Below, piece after piece: positions 36,160 through 48,745 of a stretch of 64,000 nt of DNA; position 1 is the first letter of the stretch, and every line of letters starts with the position of its first letter. The stretch covers positions 52,204,001-52,268,000 of the forward strand of contig CM052838.1 of NCBI GenBank assembly GCA_028534125.1, given 5' to 3'. Below the pieces are notes generated by a model. It saw only the letters and a program-made list of their open reading frames with translations. It did no database searches and was not told the DNA's origin. The translations under genes were made by a program, and so were the position numbers. Origin of the DNA: Lama glama. Its lineage: Eukaryota.

Positions 36160-38099
36160 TAGCTGTTAGGATTTAGGAATATCCATTGCTCATGTACTAT
36201 AGTAGTGAACTGTGCTCATCACCGCTCTCTGTGGGTTTGAGTCCTGGCTACTCAGTAATCATGGGGCCTTGTAAATAGGTCTTCTTTTCCTTCATTCCGG
36301 TCTCCTCTCCCTGCGGCATGTGGCAGGTGCTCAAAAGACTTGATTATTTAGATTAAATAATGCAATGGTGACCTCCTTCTCCTCTGCTAATGAAGAGTAT
36401 CTTGCTGGCACCAGCTGGTAACTGGTAGTTACTGAACACGAGCAGGCAACTTGGTTCTCAACTCACTTCACCTTACTGTTAGGATCTGAAGTCTCTTCTA
36501 ACTGAACTTTTGTCGTGTGAACAGTGAGCTAAAGGTTCTATAATAGCGACATTGGCTCTGGAGCGCGTTATTGCAGGGCTGTGGTGGGGATGCTCTGGAG
36601 CGAGTGGCAGCCAGGGGAAGGGTGGGTGTGAGCTTTGGACCAGTTGTGTCACTCACTTCCAAGCTGAGAGGCGAGGGCAGTCTCTTCACCTCTTGGTCTT
36701 TAGTTGCCTTGGTTTTCTTCCCTGTGAATGAAGATGTCTAAATGTCCTTTCCAAGGTCAAGGATTCATCAACCTATCACCCCACTACCTTTGTGTGCTAG
36801 TGCTGCCTTCTTCACCTAATCGAGAAATGTCCAAATAGAGAGAGTCATTGTCAACCTACTCAAGGAAACAAGAGACCAGGTGGAGAGACTAAAGCCCATT
36901 AAGCAACTCATCTTCACCCATGAGTACGACACTTCCTTCCACTTCCTCTCTTCTTTCTCACTTTTCTCTCTCTCCCCCTGCCTCAGCCCCGCCATCCCTT
37001 TGCTTTCTTCTTCTAAAATTCAAAACAGTGAGGAAAGTAACCTTCCAGCTCCACAAGACTCAGCACTCCCATTAGGCCCTGTAGGATCTGTCACTTCACC
37101 CTGGGACATTTCAAAATCAACTTGTGTGCTTTGGCAAAAACCTGAAAAGGCCAGGTTATGGTCCATCTTGCAGTTTAGCTGTGCACAAAGGAGAAATATG
37201 CTTGTGCTCAATGAAGAGCAACTATTGTAATTGTTGGTAAAGAAACAACTGTCGCTGTTCATATGGGCCCAGTTGTTTGGAAGCAATTCGTTCGGTGTGG
37301 TGGTTAGCACGCAAGACTCCTTTAAGCCTCCTAGCTCAGGATCCATTTAGTTTTACAAGTTAAGCCAAAGTCCTTTTTTTCCCCCCATAAGTGCCTTTTC
37401 TTATTCTTGGATAAAAAACAATAAACCATGAAATATCTCTATTGAAAAATGATATGACCCAGCCCTCCCCGAGAATTCAGGGGTTAAAATGTGGTTTGAG
37501 GCTTAAAGGCCCATTAAGGTACGACTGGATTATGACGAGATCCTTCTGAATGGGAACTTTACTGCACTTTGACTTAGAAATGTAATCTAGCTCCAGGTCT
37601 TCAACATACAGATGCCAAATACAGCTTTTGGAATACATTAGTGCTGATGAGGGCAGCGGCTTGGCATGGCCATTTGAAAATACGCTTCCTTCAGTCTCTA
37701 CTTTCAATGACCTAGAAAGAGAACCATTTCCCCATTTGGCACTGGGAGAAAATGGTAACCTAATTCTCAACTAGGGAGGGTTATGAAATTAATATATGAC
37801 ACAGGTAAATTGCACGTGAATTTTCTTAGGACTCCACCATCTTGATTTTGAGATATATATCATAAGGTTTTGTTTTTTGCCAGCAGAAACGCTACGCCAT
37901 CAAGTTGAGTATTCACATTTCACACATGTGGAAACCAGGTGCCACAAGGGAACTGACTTGTCCAAGGTCACCCACTGGTAATGCCCTGCTCAAACTGGTG
38001 AGACTGAAGTTTGATGAATGTGAGGTTTAGTACTTTTCAGAAGGAAAGTTATGGACCAGAAGAGTTATTTATTTATTTTTTCCCCCAGCAGTGAAATAC

Positions 38100-38335
38100 T
38101 GTGTTGTAGTCTATTGGGAGTGATTGCAGACTCTGGAGTCATACCACCCTAGGTTTGAGGTTTAGCCTTGTCACTTACAACACTAGGTAATTAGACTGAC
38201 CCCTAATCTTTCTAAATTTTCATGTTTTTCACTGATAAAATGGCAATGATGGGAATGACAACAGAGGTTGCCTCATGGGTAGCGATGAGGATTCAATGAA
38301 ACAGAGTAGGGAAGTGGGAAGAGCACAATCACTGA
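38100..38335 (+). mobile_element. MIR SINE
   Basis: gcagactctggagtca..taaaatggcaatgat..cctcatgggt..tgaggattcaatga. Confidence 0.7.
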
Positions 38336-38347
38336 GTGACACAGCAC

Positions 38348-38767
38348 TGAGGACAGGACAGACAGGTTAGAACCAAGATGGTGGACGATTCGACTTCCAG
38401 TGGACCTTGAGCCTCATTATATGCTCGTTGTAATATATTAGCATGCTAAATGACACACCCACAGGTGCCATGATAGTTCCCAGGCTGACCATAAAAGATC
38501 AAAAAGTAAGTGGGGCCCAATTCCTGGAAATCCTGCCCCTCCCCTCAAATAGTTGGAATAACACTTCTACTCATTAGCATATGGAATTACCAAGCCCATA
38601 AAAACTAACAGCTCCACACCTCATGGTCACTCTCTCTCTTGCTTTCTGAGACAGCCTGCACTCTGTCTATGGAGTGTGTATCTCCCTGAATAAACTTACT
38701 TTCCTTTTATTATGCCTCACTTTTGAATTCTTTCCTGTGTGAGACAAGAACCTAGTCTCTGATAACG
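38348..38767 (+). mobile_element. ERV1 solo LTR, MER41-like
   Basis: aaccaagatgg, acacccacaggtgccatgatagtt, cataaaaa (TATA region), ctctgtctatggagt, aataaa (38689-38694), tgaattctttcctgtgtgagacaagaacc: same order as the recalled MER41 consensus. Confidence 0.75.
38521..38529. promoter_or_regulatory. GAS (STAT) motif TTCCTGGAA in MER41-like LTR
   Basis: Exact TTCN3GAA match; function untested. Confidence 0.5.
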
Positions 38768-40626
38768 GCTTTGTGTATGGCAAGGCATGTGACGAAGACA
38801 CTTGATGAATCATTGTTAGTGTGCCTCTCAGCCACATCTTAACTAATTCAGATTTCATAAAGAGAGTCAGCAGTCTCAGAGAGAAATGAATGTTCTATAT
38901 TGTCATGCGCTCATGTTAGTCTCTGTGTTGAATTTTTAGAGGTTAAAGTAGGACATGGGGGTTTACCCTGGATAGGGAGTTCACAGTGAAATCCTCCAAA
39001 AGCAGCTCTCAACTGAGGCAAGATTGATGTTCATAATGGCCAGATGGGCATGTCAGAGAAATTACAGAATTTTTTAATATAAATGCCTGGCACACAGAAA
39101 GCAACCAACAAACGTCTGTTAAATTAAATTACATTGAACAAGGAGGTAGGGAGGTCTTGCCGCTAAATTTAACAGAACCCACGAAACACACGATCCATTT
39201 AAACTTTCTAATCCCACGCAGCAGGAATGGCAAACACTGCTTTCATATCCTGTTCCCAGGGCAGACATCACTAATCCATCCTAGCACTCTTATTCCCCAA
39301 CCTGATGTTTGTATGTGTGACTCTCCCACAAGGCATGCGTCCTTGAAGAGTGCTGACAGATTCAGTTTCTTCTCTATCTCCCACAAATCTCATAAAATAG
39401 ATGCTTAATGTTTGCTGAATGGATGAGCTCAGAGGAGTTTACGAGGTTGCCCAAGGCCACACAGGAAATTTGGCCCTAATTAAGTTTGACACCAGTAGAG
39501 AAAGAGACTTAGGAGTAGGCAGATGGAGATGAAAACACTATCTTTATTCCTCTCACAGGGAGGCTGGAGGATGTGACTTGGCTCTCAAGGCAAGCCAGCA
39601 TCAGTGAACTGTCAAAGGGTGAAAGCCAGATAGAGACAGACTTACCCTCTCAGACACAGGCAAGCCTGAGGTCCAAAGCGCGCCTTCACTTAGTGGCGCC
39701 CAAGGAGTAGAACCTAGCAGTTAAACGTGGAAGGACAGAGCTGAAGGGGAGTGTTCTGCAAGCAGGTGGCTTGGAACAAAGGCAGGAGAAAGGGTGGAGC
39801 CACTCATGCTCTGACTGTCTCCCCTACCCTCTCCAGCTAAGTAGCTCTTCCTCCCACATAGCTGACAAGACTGAAGGAGGCCAGTATTGGTACCTGATGC
39901 CAAGGGGTTTCCCTGAAACATGAGGAGACTATCAGTATTCCCCTAATAATAAGCCTGGACAATAAACTGAATGCTCACCTGAGGGATTTAGCCCAGTACC
40001 AGTGGCACAGTGAGTAGCTACTAATGTGAGCTCCCCGGCCACACATTACACACATTACTGCTCTGGAATTCTTACAAGAGGATTCAGAAAGCCTCTACTG
40101 CTTAGAAGAAAATTAAGAGCTTCCAATATTGCTGGGTCCACTCAGTGTCTCATCTTTATTTTTTCCCCCCACTTCATCATCTACAAGAAAAGGTAAAGCA
40201 CATTTTTGAGGAGCTGGACTCCCAGCGAACATGGTGACGCCACAGCATGTGGAGAAGAAATTGACTTGGGCGACCCAGTGCAGCCTGGTCAATGGGCACA
40301 GCCATGCTGGCCACTCGTCACCTCGCGGGGCTGGATCGGCTCTCCGCCACGGGCTGCAGGGGCCCAGGGTGGGATTGTTCTTCCCTCCACAGCAGTGTCA
40401 CAGCCGTCATCTACCGCATGGGGAGCTGTCCCTTTGGGTCACCAAGGGCAAAGCAGTTCAGACCAGTGGAACATAAGGGGATGTCAGAAATACATATTGA
40501 TCCTGGAAATCATGTTAAGAAGGGAAGTGCGTTGGACACCTTCTCAAAATGGCTCGGTGTGCGACCTCTGCCATCTGCTATCTATATAATCACACCCAAG
40601 CATCAGTTACTTGCAACTCACAGATT

Positions 40627-41143
40627 GTGAGGGCACCATGGTTCTGATCACCGGCCTGCACTTACTTCAGCTGAGTGCAGTGAATCTGAGCTCAGAAGCT
40701 GCTGTGCTCTGAAACCCATCACCACGTTTGTGCTAACGCTGTGATCCCCACTGACTGCTCTCAGCCTGTGATACACACAGGGACGTTAAGGCAGGTGTGT
40801 TCTAGGGAATTGGGACTCCTTTGACGGGAGACTTTAGCTGGAGGATTTTTCAGTGGCCTTGCCAAATTGTCCTTGGACTACGTAGCAATCTCAGATGCTA
40901 CCACCCAAGCGCCCTTCGTTCCTGTCTTCCTCCCTCCGTCCCTCCCACCCTCCCTTCCTTCCTTCCTTCTTTCCTTACTGCCCTCTCTTCTATACTTGGG
41001 GTCAGGTTTCCATGGTGGTCTGACAGCTCTCCTAATCTCTCCTAGCTTCCTCCCCAGTTTGTCTCATGGACAGTTCCTCTGTTAATTTCTTGCAGTTTAA
41101 TTCTATCTTGGTGTCTGCTTCTCAGAGGACCGAGGCTAACACA
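40627..41143 (+). mobile_element. ERVL solo LTR (LTR16A/B-like) with internal (CCTT)n tract
   Basis: 3' end tcttggtgtctgcttctcagaggaccgaggctaacaca; ggggtcagg..catggtggtctgacagctctcc. Confidence 0.7.
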
Positions 41144-41144
41144 C

Positions 41145-41450
41145 CATCTGAAGACTTGACTTGGCATGGTGGCTTCAGGGTAATCAGGCTTCCTTCCTGA
41201 TGGCTCAGGGCTCCAAAAGTCAAAGCCCCAGTGGACAAAGAGGAAACTGCATTGCCTTTTTGACATAGCCTCAGAAGTCTTGCAGCATCACTTCTGTTGC
41301 TTTCTATCAGTTACAAGTGAGTCACAGTTCTGCCCAGGTTCAAGGGAAGATGTAGACACCATCTCTTGATGGGAGGTGTGTCAAGGGTTACATCACAGAA
41401 CAGCACACGGGATAGAAGATGTTGTTGGAAAAGACAATCTGATATACTAG
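41145..41450 (-). mobile_element. MLT1 LTR fragment
   Basis: tagcctcagaagtcttgcagcatcacttctg..gagtcac..gcccaggttcaaggg..catctcttgatgggagg. Confidence 0.7.
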
Positions 41451-41479
41451 ACAAGGGGTTATTTGTCGAGGCAAGGAGA

Positions 41480-41968
41480 TTATTCTAGTTATCTATTTCC
41501 GGGTGACAGATCATCCCAAAACCCATGGCTGGAAACGATTCTTTTATTCTGATTACCCCTAACCTTTTGGAAGGTTCATAGTGCTCAGCTAACATCTGAC
41601 ATCTTTGTGCCTTTGCAGTGGCTGGGCTGGAGTCATCTGGGACGGAAGGCTGCCTCCTGTACATGTGTAGGGGGGCATTCTGAGGGCCAGTTGACCCTAA
41701 GCTGGGGAAATCAGCTGAAGCACCTACAGATGGCCTCTCCAGGTGGCCCCAGCTTCCTCACAGCATGGCAGCAGGGCTCCAAAAGCAAACATCTTAGAGA
41801 ACCTGTAGAAACTGGTTCCCCTCTTAAGATCTAGTCTTGGAAGTCACATGGCATCACTTCACCATGTTCTATTCATTAGAAGCAAGTCGGTGAAGCCAGC
41901 CCATATTCAGGGGAGAGGATCCAGACTCCACCTCTCGATGGGATGAGGATGTGCTTTAACCCGCCACA
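41480..41968 (-). mobile_element. MaLR LTR (MLT1F/G-like)
   Basis: cttcctcacagcatggcagc..ctagtcttggaagtcacatggcatcacttc..cagactccacctctcgatggg..ccgccaca. Confidence 0.8.
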
Positions 41969-43507
41969 AGGAGTGTTGCATTTGCCATTTGCAAGGAGTC
42001 CTGTGGTTCAAGCCTGTGGCGGATAGACATCCTGAAGTCCCATGCTTGCGGGCTGACATACTTTTAGAAGAACCATGGAGGGGTGATGAGTTCAGATGGC
42101 AGTCAAAGATGGCCTTGTTCCCAGCCAGCTTGTCCCTTGCAAGGTTGCTGGTGGGTTTGTTTTATTTGTGCCCCAAACCTCAGCCACATGGATAGTTGGT
42201 AGACGATGTGGGATTTGAACACTTGTCTCTTTCTCACTCTCATTCTGGATCTCTTTTCATTGTGCAGGGTTAACTGAACTCTAGGCTTCTCATTCATTTC
42301 ATTTTCCCAGTCTTTTCCAGAGAGAAACACCAGGCTGGATCCTAAATTACTCTAGGTACCAAGACGGATAATCCCAAGTGCCACTGACTTTTCTCTTCTC
42401 CCTGTTAAAGCTGGCAGTGTCTTATGACTATGAGTGTATATATATCTAAAACTCACAGCAGTTCCTTTGCTGCTATCTCTTTTCGTTTTGCCTTTCCACC
42501 CCTCAGTTCACACATGAGGTTTTTTTTTTTTTTAAGTTAAGAGAGTGAAGTTAAATCGCTGACATCTGCCACTCAATCTCACTCAGCATCCTTGTTCCCT
42601 GGATTCTTCTCGATAGAACTTAAGACTCTTTGTTATTCCTAGTTTTTACTTTCTTTCCTTTCTGGGTAGCAGGGAGGGGCGGGACAGTAATGAGAGAGAA
42701 AGTAGTCAATTTAGCAGTTCCACCAAAAGTTTCACTTTTCATGATTGGTGATAACTACTTTTATTTTTCATGTGGTGTGACAAAGACCAAGGTAATTACT
42801 AAGGTAAAACATGTTAATGACATCAAGACTGTATTACTTGACTAACATCAAGACAAACTCTGAGGACAGAATTATCTATTTATAAATAAAATTAAATTGA
42901 ATTAATAATTACGTTTTTATACCTTCCTCTTCTAAAAGATCACATCCTAACAAACCAAGTCTGGAATAATCTTTAATTTCATAACTGGGGGCACGTGAAT
43001 TCCATTTTTGCAGCAGGGCTGTTGTTAGACATCCAAAGGCTGACTCTTCAACATTAGCAGGTGTCATTCCAGGGGAAAAGAAGAGAAAATTGTCATTGTT
43101 TCTTTTCAGTTGTGACAATAGCTCACATTATGTTAAATGCTAAACAGGTAATCACTGTTACAAATAAGCTAATAGCAAATCTGCAGAAAGTCTGGCAGTT
43201 GTTATTTTGAAGCCTTCTAATGCTTTCTATTTGTTTTTGTTTTTTTTTTTTTTTGGCTGAGGTGTTTATTTTCTGTGATGAATATTTGTTGGTCCATTAG
43301 AGTTTCCATATGCCTATGAGGTTGCATTTGACAAAGAAGATCACTAAGCACTCTCTTATTGGGTTCTCTGGGTTGTTATACGACACCCCATTAGGGTTCT
43401 TGCCATCTCGTTGTTTCCAGTCATGCCAGCTTTCCAGTGTTTTCATGCTGTTCCTCTAGGCTGACATCCCGAGTTATCAGGAGTTGTTCTTTCAAAATAC
43501 AAGGCAG

Positions 43508-44208
43508 AAAATAGAACTACTATATGATCCAGCAATTCCACTTTTGGGGATATAGCCAAAGAAAACAAAAACACTAATTCAAAAAGGTCCATCACCCCAA
43601 TATTCATAGCAGCACTAGTTATAACAGGCAAGATATGGAAGCAANNNNNNNNNNNNNNNNNNNNNNNNNNNNNNNNNNNNNNNNNNNNNNNNNNNNNNNN
43701 NNNNNNNNNNNNNNNNNNNNNNNNNNNNNNNNNNNNNNNNNNNNNNNNNNNNNNNNNNNNNNNNNNNNNNNNNNNNATACATTGTACAATATACACAATG
43801 GAATATTACTCAGCCATAAAAAGAATGCAATCTTGCCATTTGCAACAATGTGGATGGACCTAGAGTGTACGATGCTAAGTGAAATAAGTCAGACAGAGAA
43901 AGACAAATATTCTGTTATCACTTATGTGCGGAATCTCAAAAATAAATAAACATATAGAGAACAAGCTAGTGGTTCCAGAGGGAAGAGGGAAGTGGGGAGG
44001 GGCAACATGGGGGTATGAGATTAAGAGATACAGACTACCATGTATAAAGTAAACAAACAACAAGGATATATTGTATAGCACAGGAGAAATAGAACCATTA
44101 TGTTGTAATAACTTTAAATGAAGTATAGTCTGTAAAAATATTGAATCATTATGTTGGACAACTGAAACTAGTATATTATAAATCAACTATACATGGACGA
44201 AAAAAAAT
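43508..44208 (+). mobile_element. LINE-1 3' end (L1MA9/artiodactyl-type) with A tail
   Basis: aaaatagaactactatatgatccagcaattccactt..tgctaagtgaaataagtcagacagagaaagacaaata..ttgtatagcacagg..aaatcaactatac. Confidence 0.9.
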
Positions 44209-45399
44209 ACAAGGCAGAACCTGGAGCAAGGGGCAAACTCCATAGGTAGCTCTGGGCCACTCTGTTGATTCAGGACCCTGAGTGAACATCATTGGAAAGG
44301 TGGTGAAAAAAATCAACTTTGGAAATCTCAGCATTTCCAGGGGCCACAAAGCCACCCCTTCATTTTCCTCACAAGAGGTTAAGAGAGTTTCTTTGGGAAG
44401 CACAGGAAGAAAATGGCAAAGCTGAGACCAGAATCCTGGCTTACAGGACCCAGGACCTGACCTCGCCCCTGTGCTCAGTTCTGTGTTTGTGGCTAGAATC
44501 CAACTGGGCTGGTTCTGTTGTGCTGAGACCCGGGATGGGAAGCAAGGCTGGGGCATTCTTCTCCAGGCTTCTAGGCGTGAAGTGGAAGAAGAAACACAAA
44601 GAAAAGAAAGAAGTAAGAGAATCCCACTGCCTCACACGGTTTTGCGTCCCCAGGATGAGTTAGAAAACAGTCTGTTACTGACACTCAAGGCAGAACTGAA
44701 AAGTTGTGGAGTTTGCTTGGAGATTCCATCGCGAGGTTTATTATTCTGTAGGATGATGAGCAGCCTGCCTGTGCCTGCTGGTCTGAACTCTGGGCTCGTG
44801 GAAATGCCTAAGGAAGGAGGGGGGTGGATTTTAGAGGAAAGCACAGTCTTTGAAAAACATAAAAACGAGTAGAGGCCACCATGGGGGCCTCGGCTCACTG
44901 GCCTTCACATGGAAGTTTGTCCTTTCCTGCTGCCTGCAACAGCAAATTGTTCTTCCCAGCCAGCTCCAAGCGCCTTGTTTTAAAGGTTTAAAAATAGAAT
45001 GATAAGGTCTTGTAGAGCTGTGATGAGGCGTGGTCCACCCTGTACCCTTGCCTTGAGCTGTGTCTGACCATGCAACATCACTGCTCACAATGAGCCTCAG
45101 ATGCCCTCTGGATGCAGTGCCCACGCTGATGTGGACATGCAAGTCTCTTCCAGATGTCGCAGAACTCCCTGCAGACCCTCAGCCTCATCTTTCCTCGCCT
45201 TCCTGGTTCCACTGTGCCCAGCTTGAGTCGCGCTGCCCTCCTGGCCCACTCACTCATGCCTTCTCCCTGGCGGGCTCTCTGCTGAGATGCCTGCCCTCCT
45301 GCCAGATTCAGCAGATTCAGTGACTGAAACTCATTCTTCATGACAAAGCTAGGGCCACCTCCCCTGGAAGGCATCTCTGATAAGGCCCTCCCTCCCTGC

Positions 45400-46654
45400 A
45401 GGGATGAAAGGGTCAAAGGAGAATCCAGAAATTCTCAGACTTGCAAAGTTAAAGGATGTCTCTCCAGCCAGCAAAATCTTTTCGAATGAGGACACAACTT
45501 CAGGAAAAATATCAAAGTGACAAAGTGACAGCCTGGCCATCATGCACTTGTTCTAAACTGATTGGTTAAATGTTCCTCCTTTAAGTCCTTGCATTTGCAC
45601 ACATATTTCAGGTTAAAGAGTCCCAAGGGAGTCCCACAAAGGCCTGTTCAGTTCAAATCATCTGTAATTAAGTCTAAAGAAAGAAGCAAGTCTGGAAAAA
45701 GATTGTGAGTCTGCTATTGGCCCACAGAGCTTCCTGGAGTCAAACTGGTTAAGCAAACCAAAAATACCTAACAGAGTTTCTGAGAGAGCTGAATGGCCCA
45801 AAGTACCACCAGCCTGGACTAAAAGAGCCAGTGATTATTCAAGATGTCAAACAACCCTTGGATCTCTAGTTTATGGGATGGAAGCATGCTGTGAAAGCTG
45901 CTCAGCTCCCAAGATGGGCATATTCTCCAGTGGAGGGTAATGAAAAAGGAAGGTTTCCCAGAGAGTCTGGCAGGAGCCATGGAGAGGAACAGGCTGGGCA
46001 GCTGCTCCCAGAAACAACCAAAATCTAACACACACACACAAAACTGGCTCAAGCAACTGTGAGCCTTAGCAAGACCAACGTGTGCAGGGTAGACCAGCAG
46101 GTTGGAGACCCAGGGAGGAGTTGTTGTGCAAGTCCAAAGGCAGTCTACTGGCAGAATTCTTTCTTGCTTGGGAGAGGTCAGTCTTTGTTCTGTTAAAACC
46201 TTCAACTGCTTGGATGAGGCCCACCTGTGTTATGAAAGGTAATTTGCTTTACTCGAAGTCCACTGATTAAAGTATCAGGCTCATCCAGAAACACTTTCTC
46301 AGAGATATCCAGAATATGTTTGACCAAATATTTGGGCATCATGGCCCAGCCAGGTTGACACATCCGATTAACCATCACAACCCCTCACTGACTGCTGGGT
46401 GTTTCCCATTCTTCCTGTTCCATCTGGGAGTGTTTGCTGTAGCTATTTTATCCCTGTATTGCATGTGTGTGTGTAGATAAAGGGGTGCCAGTAATGTAGC
46501 TTTTAGTTCATAGTTCTCCACAGCAAGAAGAGCCACATCTAAATCTGATATAGATCATGAGGTCCTTGGCTTTTAAGCTTGATTGAGTGAGGCTTTTGGA
46601 CTGTTTTAAGGAGGGGAGGTGGGAAAGTAAATATTTGTGACCAAGAGGGCAGAC
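45400..46654 (+). mobile_element. MLT1 internal sequence, interrupted by MLT2
   Basis: aggagccatggaga; ttttagttcatag..agagccacatct..ctgatatagatcatgag; purine tract agagggcagac immediately before the LTR at 46655. Confidence 0.55.
46000..46379 (-). mobile_element. ERVL LTR (MLT2B/C-like)
   Basis: caggttggagacccagggag..ccttcaactgcttggatgaggcccac..gtttgaccaaatatttgggca..ttgacacat..attaaccatcaca. Confidence 0.85.
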
Positions 46655-47091
46655 TGTAGTAGATTGGATGATGGTCCTCAACTATATTCACTCTCTCCCA
46701 CTCTCTACATCCTATATTCCTGTCTCTACAGTAAATCTTTATATTAAAAAAAAATGGCCTTGGTCCTGGCCATTTGACTTGCTTTGATCAATGAATATGC
46801 ACAGAAGTGACAGTATGTGAGTTCTGAGCAGAGACTTTAAAAGACATCACATGTTTTCACTTGCCTCTTTGAGCTTTTGTTCACCTTGCGGACATGAGGC
46901 TTCTCCCACCTGGGTCCCTGAATGAGAAGACACCAGTTGCTGAGCTAAGCTAATGGCAGCAAAGCCCAGCAGAGCTTAGTAAAGCCACAGCTAATCTACA
47001 GAACTTACTCTCCCTAGACAAGGAATAAATGTTGCTTGAGTCATTGTGAAACTGGAGATGTTTGTTACTGCAGCAAAAGCTGACACATACA
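46655..47091 (+). mobile_element. MaLR LTR (MLT1G/H-like)
   Basis: tgtagtagattg..tgacttgctttgatcaatgaa..cagaagtgacagtatg..tgtttgttactgcagcaaaagctgacacataca. Confidence 0.75.
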
Positions 47092-48529
47092 ATCAATGTA
47101 GCTCACTAATGTGATCAAGTGAATGAATTTTCCTCTCCAAATGGGAAAGTTTTAAGTTAGAATTATGCAGATACTATCCCAATTCCTCACCCTATTTTGT
47201 TCTTATTCAAAGGGCAAATATTTTAAAGACATATTATAAGTTTAAAATATATTATGAAATTTTGGACAACATTGTAAACTCTGGGAATGTACTCTGGATG
47301 GCTCAAAGAATTTGGTGTTGAAGGGACAGAAACAGTCCATGGCGATCAAGCTACAAAAGATTCCCAAGCACAAGCAGCATCACAAATTGAGTCGCCCTGC
47401 TGTCAAAAGCGTCAGGTGACTCAGGAGGACCTGCACAGGGAAGTCTCTACTTCCTCTGGTGCTTCTTCACTCCTCTTTTAGCTGGAGTTTGGGCTTGATA
47501 AAAAGGAAAAGAATTTGAGGTTTCTCTTCTTAACTGTGTCAACAAATTCCAAAAGGCATCTTCAATTAAAAATAAAACTTGAGAAAGCACAACCCAAGCC
47601 TAAATCACTTGGGTAACTTTTGTTTTCTGGAAGAGATAGAAAGTCTTAAATACCATTCATTTTTTCCTATTCTTTTCTCTCCAGCTCTTTGCTTAGTTTG
47701 GACTGGGAAACTAAACTAGTCATTTTCAGTTCTGATTCCGAGGCCCAATTTCTCCATAATTGAGTTTAAGTTTCCAGCTCTGTGGGAGGATATAAAGTTA
47801 TTTTTGCTATTATAACTTGGGTTGAGTTTTTGAAAATGAGAACATGCGTTCTGGGCAACAAAAGACTCAAATTCACAAATGCAAGAAGTGACCTTGTACA
47901 TACAATCATGATGCTGGATCTTATGCAATCCATCTGGATATTTTAAGAGCAGGGCAGACCAATGAATGTTCATGTAAAAGGTTAGAGAACTAGGTTAAAG
48001 GAAAAAAAGGTATCCTTCTCATCAGTGTGACTCATCCACCCCCCCAGGACTAGCAAAATGACTCAGACTTTTAAGTAGGCGACAATGCTTATAGAGAAAT
48101 ATGACCTAGCGGTTTTCATCAGGCCTCCTCAGTTGGCTGGTTGTCACCGTTTTTGATTCTCCTGTGCCCCCGAGGAATTTGGGGTATTTTGGTAGGGTAT
48201 TTTGGGCCTTTTCACAGAATGCTCCAAAGGGCCCTGCTGACAGTTCACAAGTAACCCTCTGAAGGTCTAGATTCCAACCATCATCCTCACAAATGCTGTG
48301 GTTGAAAGAGCTGAAGGAAATTTCTGATAAAACTACCAGGAGAAATTAAGCCCCAAGGTCATGTTCACAAGCCGACAGGGCCTGCTTGGAGCAGACCTTA
48401 CTCAGATCCAGAATCAGAGTCCATCTGAAGCCGGGGTTGGCTCCAAGAGCACAAGCCAGGTTCCCAGGCCCTGTGGCCATGCCTTTTGTCTCTGTTCGTC
48501 TATCTGGAAACTGGAGGCACTGGTTTGCA

Positions 48530-48745
48530 GAAAGAGACCATCAGGAGGCTGGGATTCATATCAGCTTTGCCCAGGCCAGCGGGGGTCACTTCAGGCTGAT
48601 TTCTCTGGAGTTCATGTTCTTCATCAGCTGAATGGGGATGATCCTATCTGCCTCCTTTGTTGGGTTATAGTCACAAACAGTAAGACCTTGTGCTTGGAGC
48701 CTTTGGAATGTTAGGACACACAAAGGCACTCAGAATTTCAGCTAT
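48530..48745 (+). mobile_element. Decayed MIR
   Basis: ttcttcatcagctgaatggggatgat..gacacacaaaggcactcag. Confidence 0.55.

Noticed and set aside
48574-48590. CTCF-like motif ggccagcgggggtcact
   Set aside because: Two mismatches in the core and located in a decayed MIR; not supportable without ChIP data.
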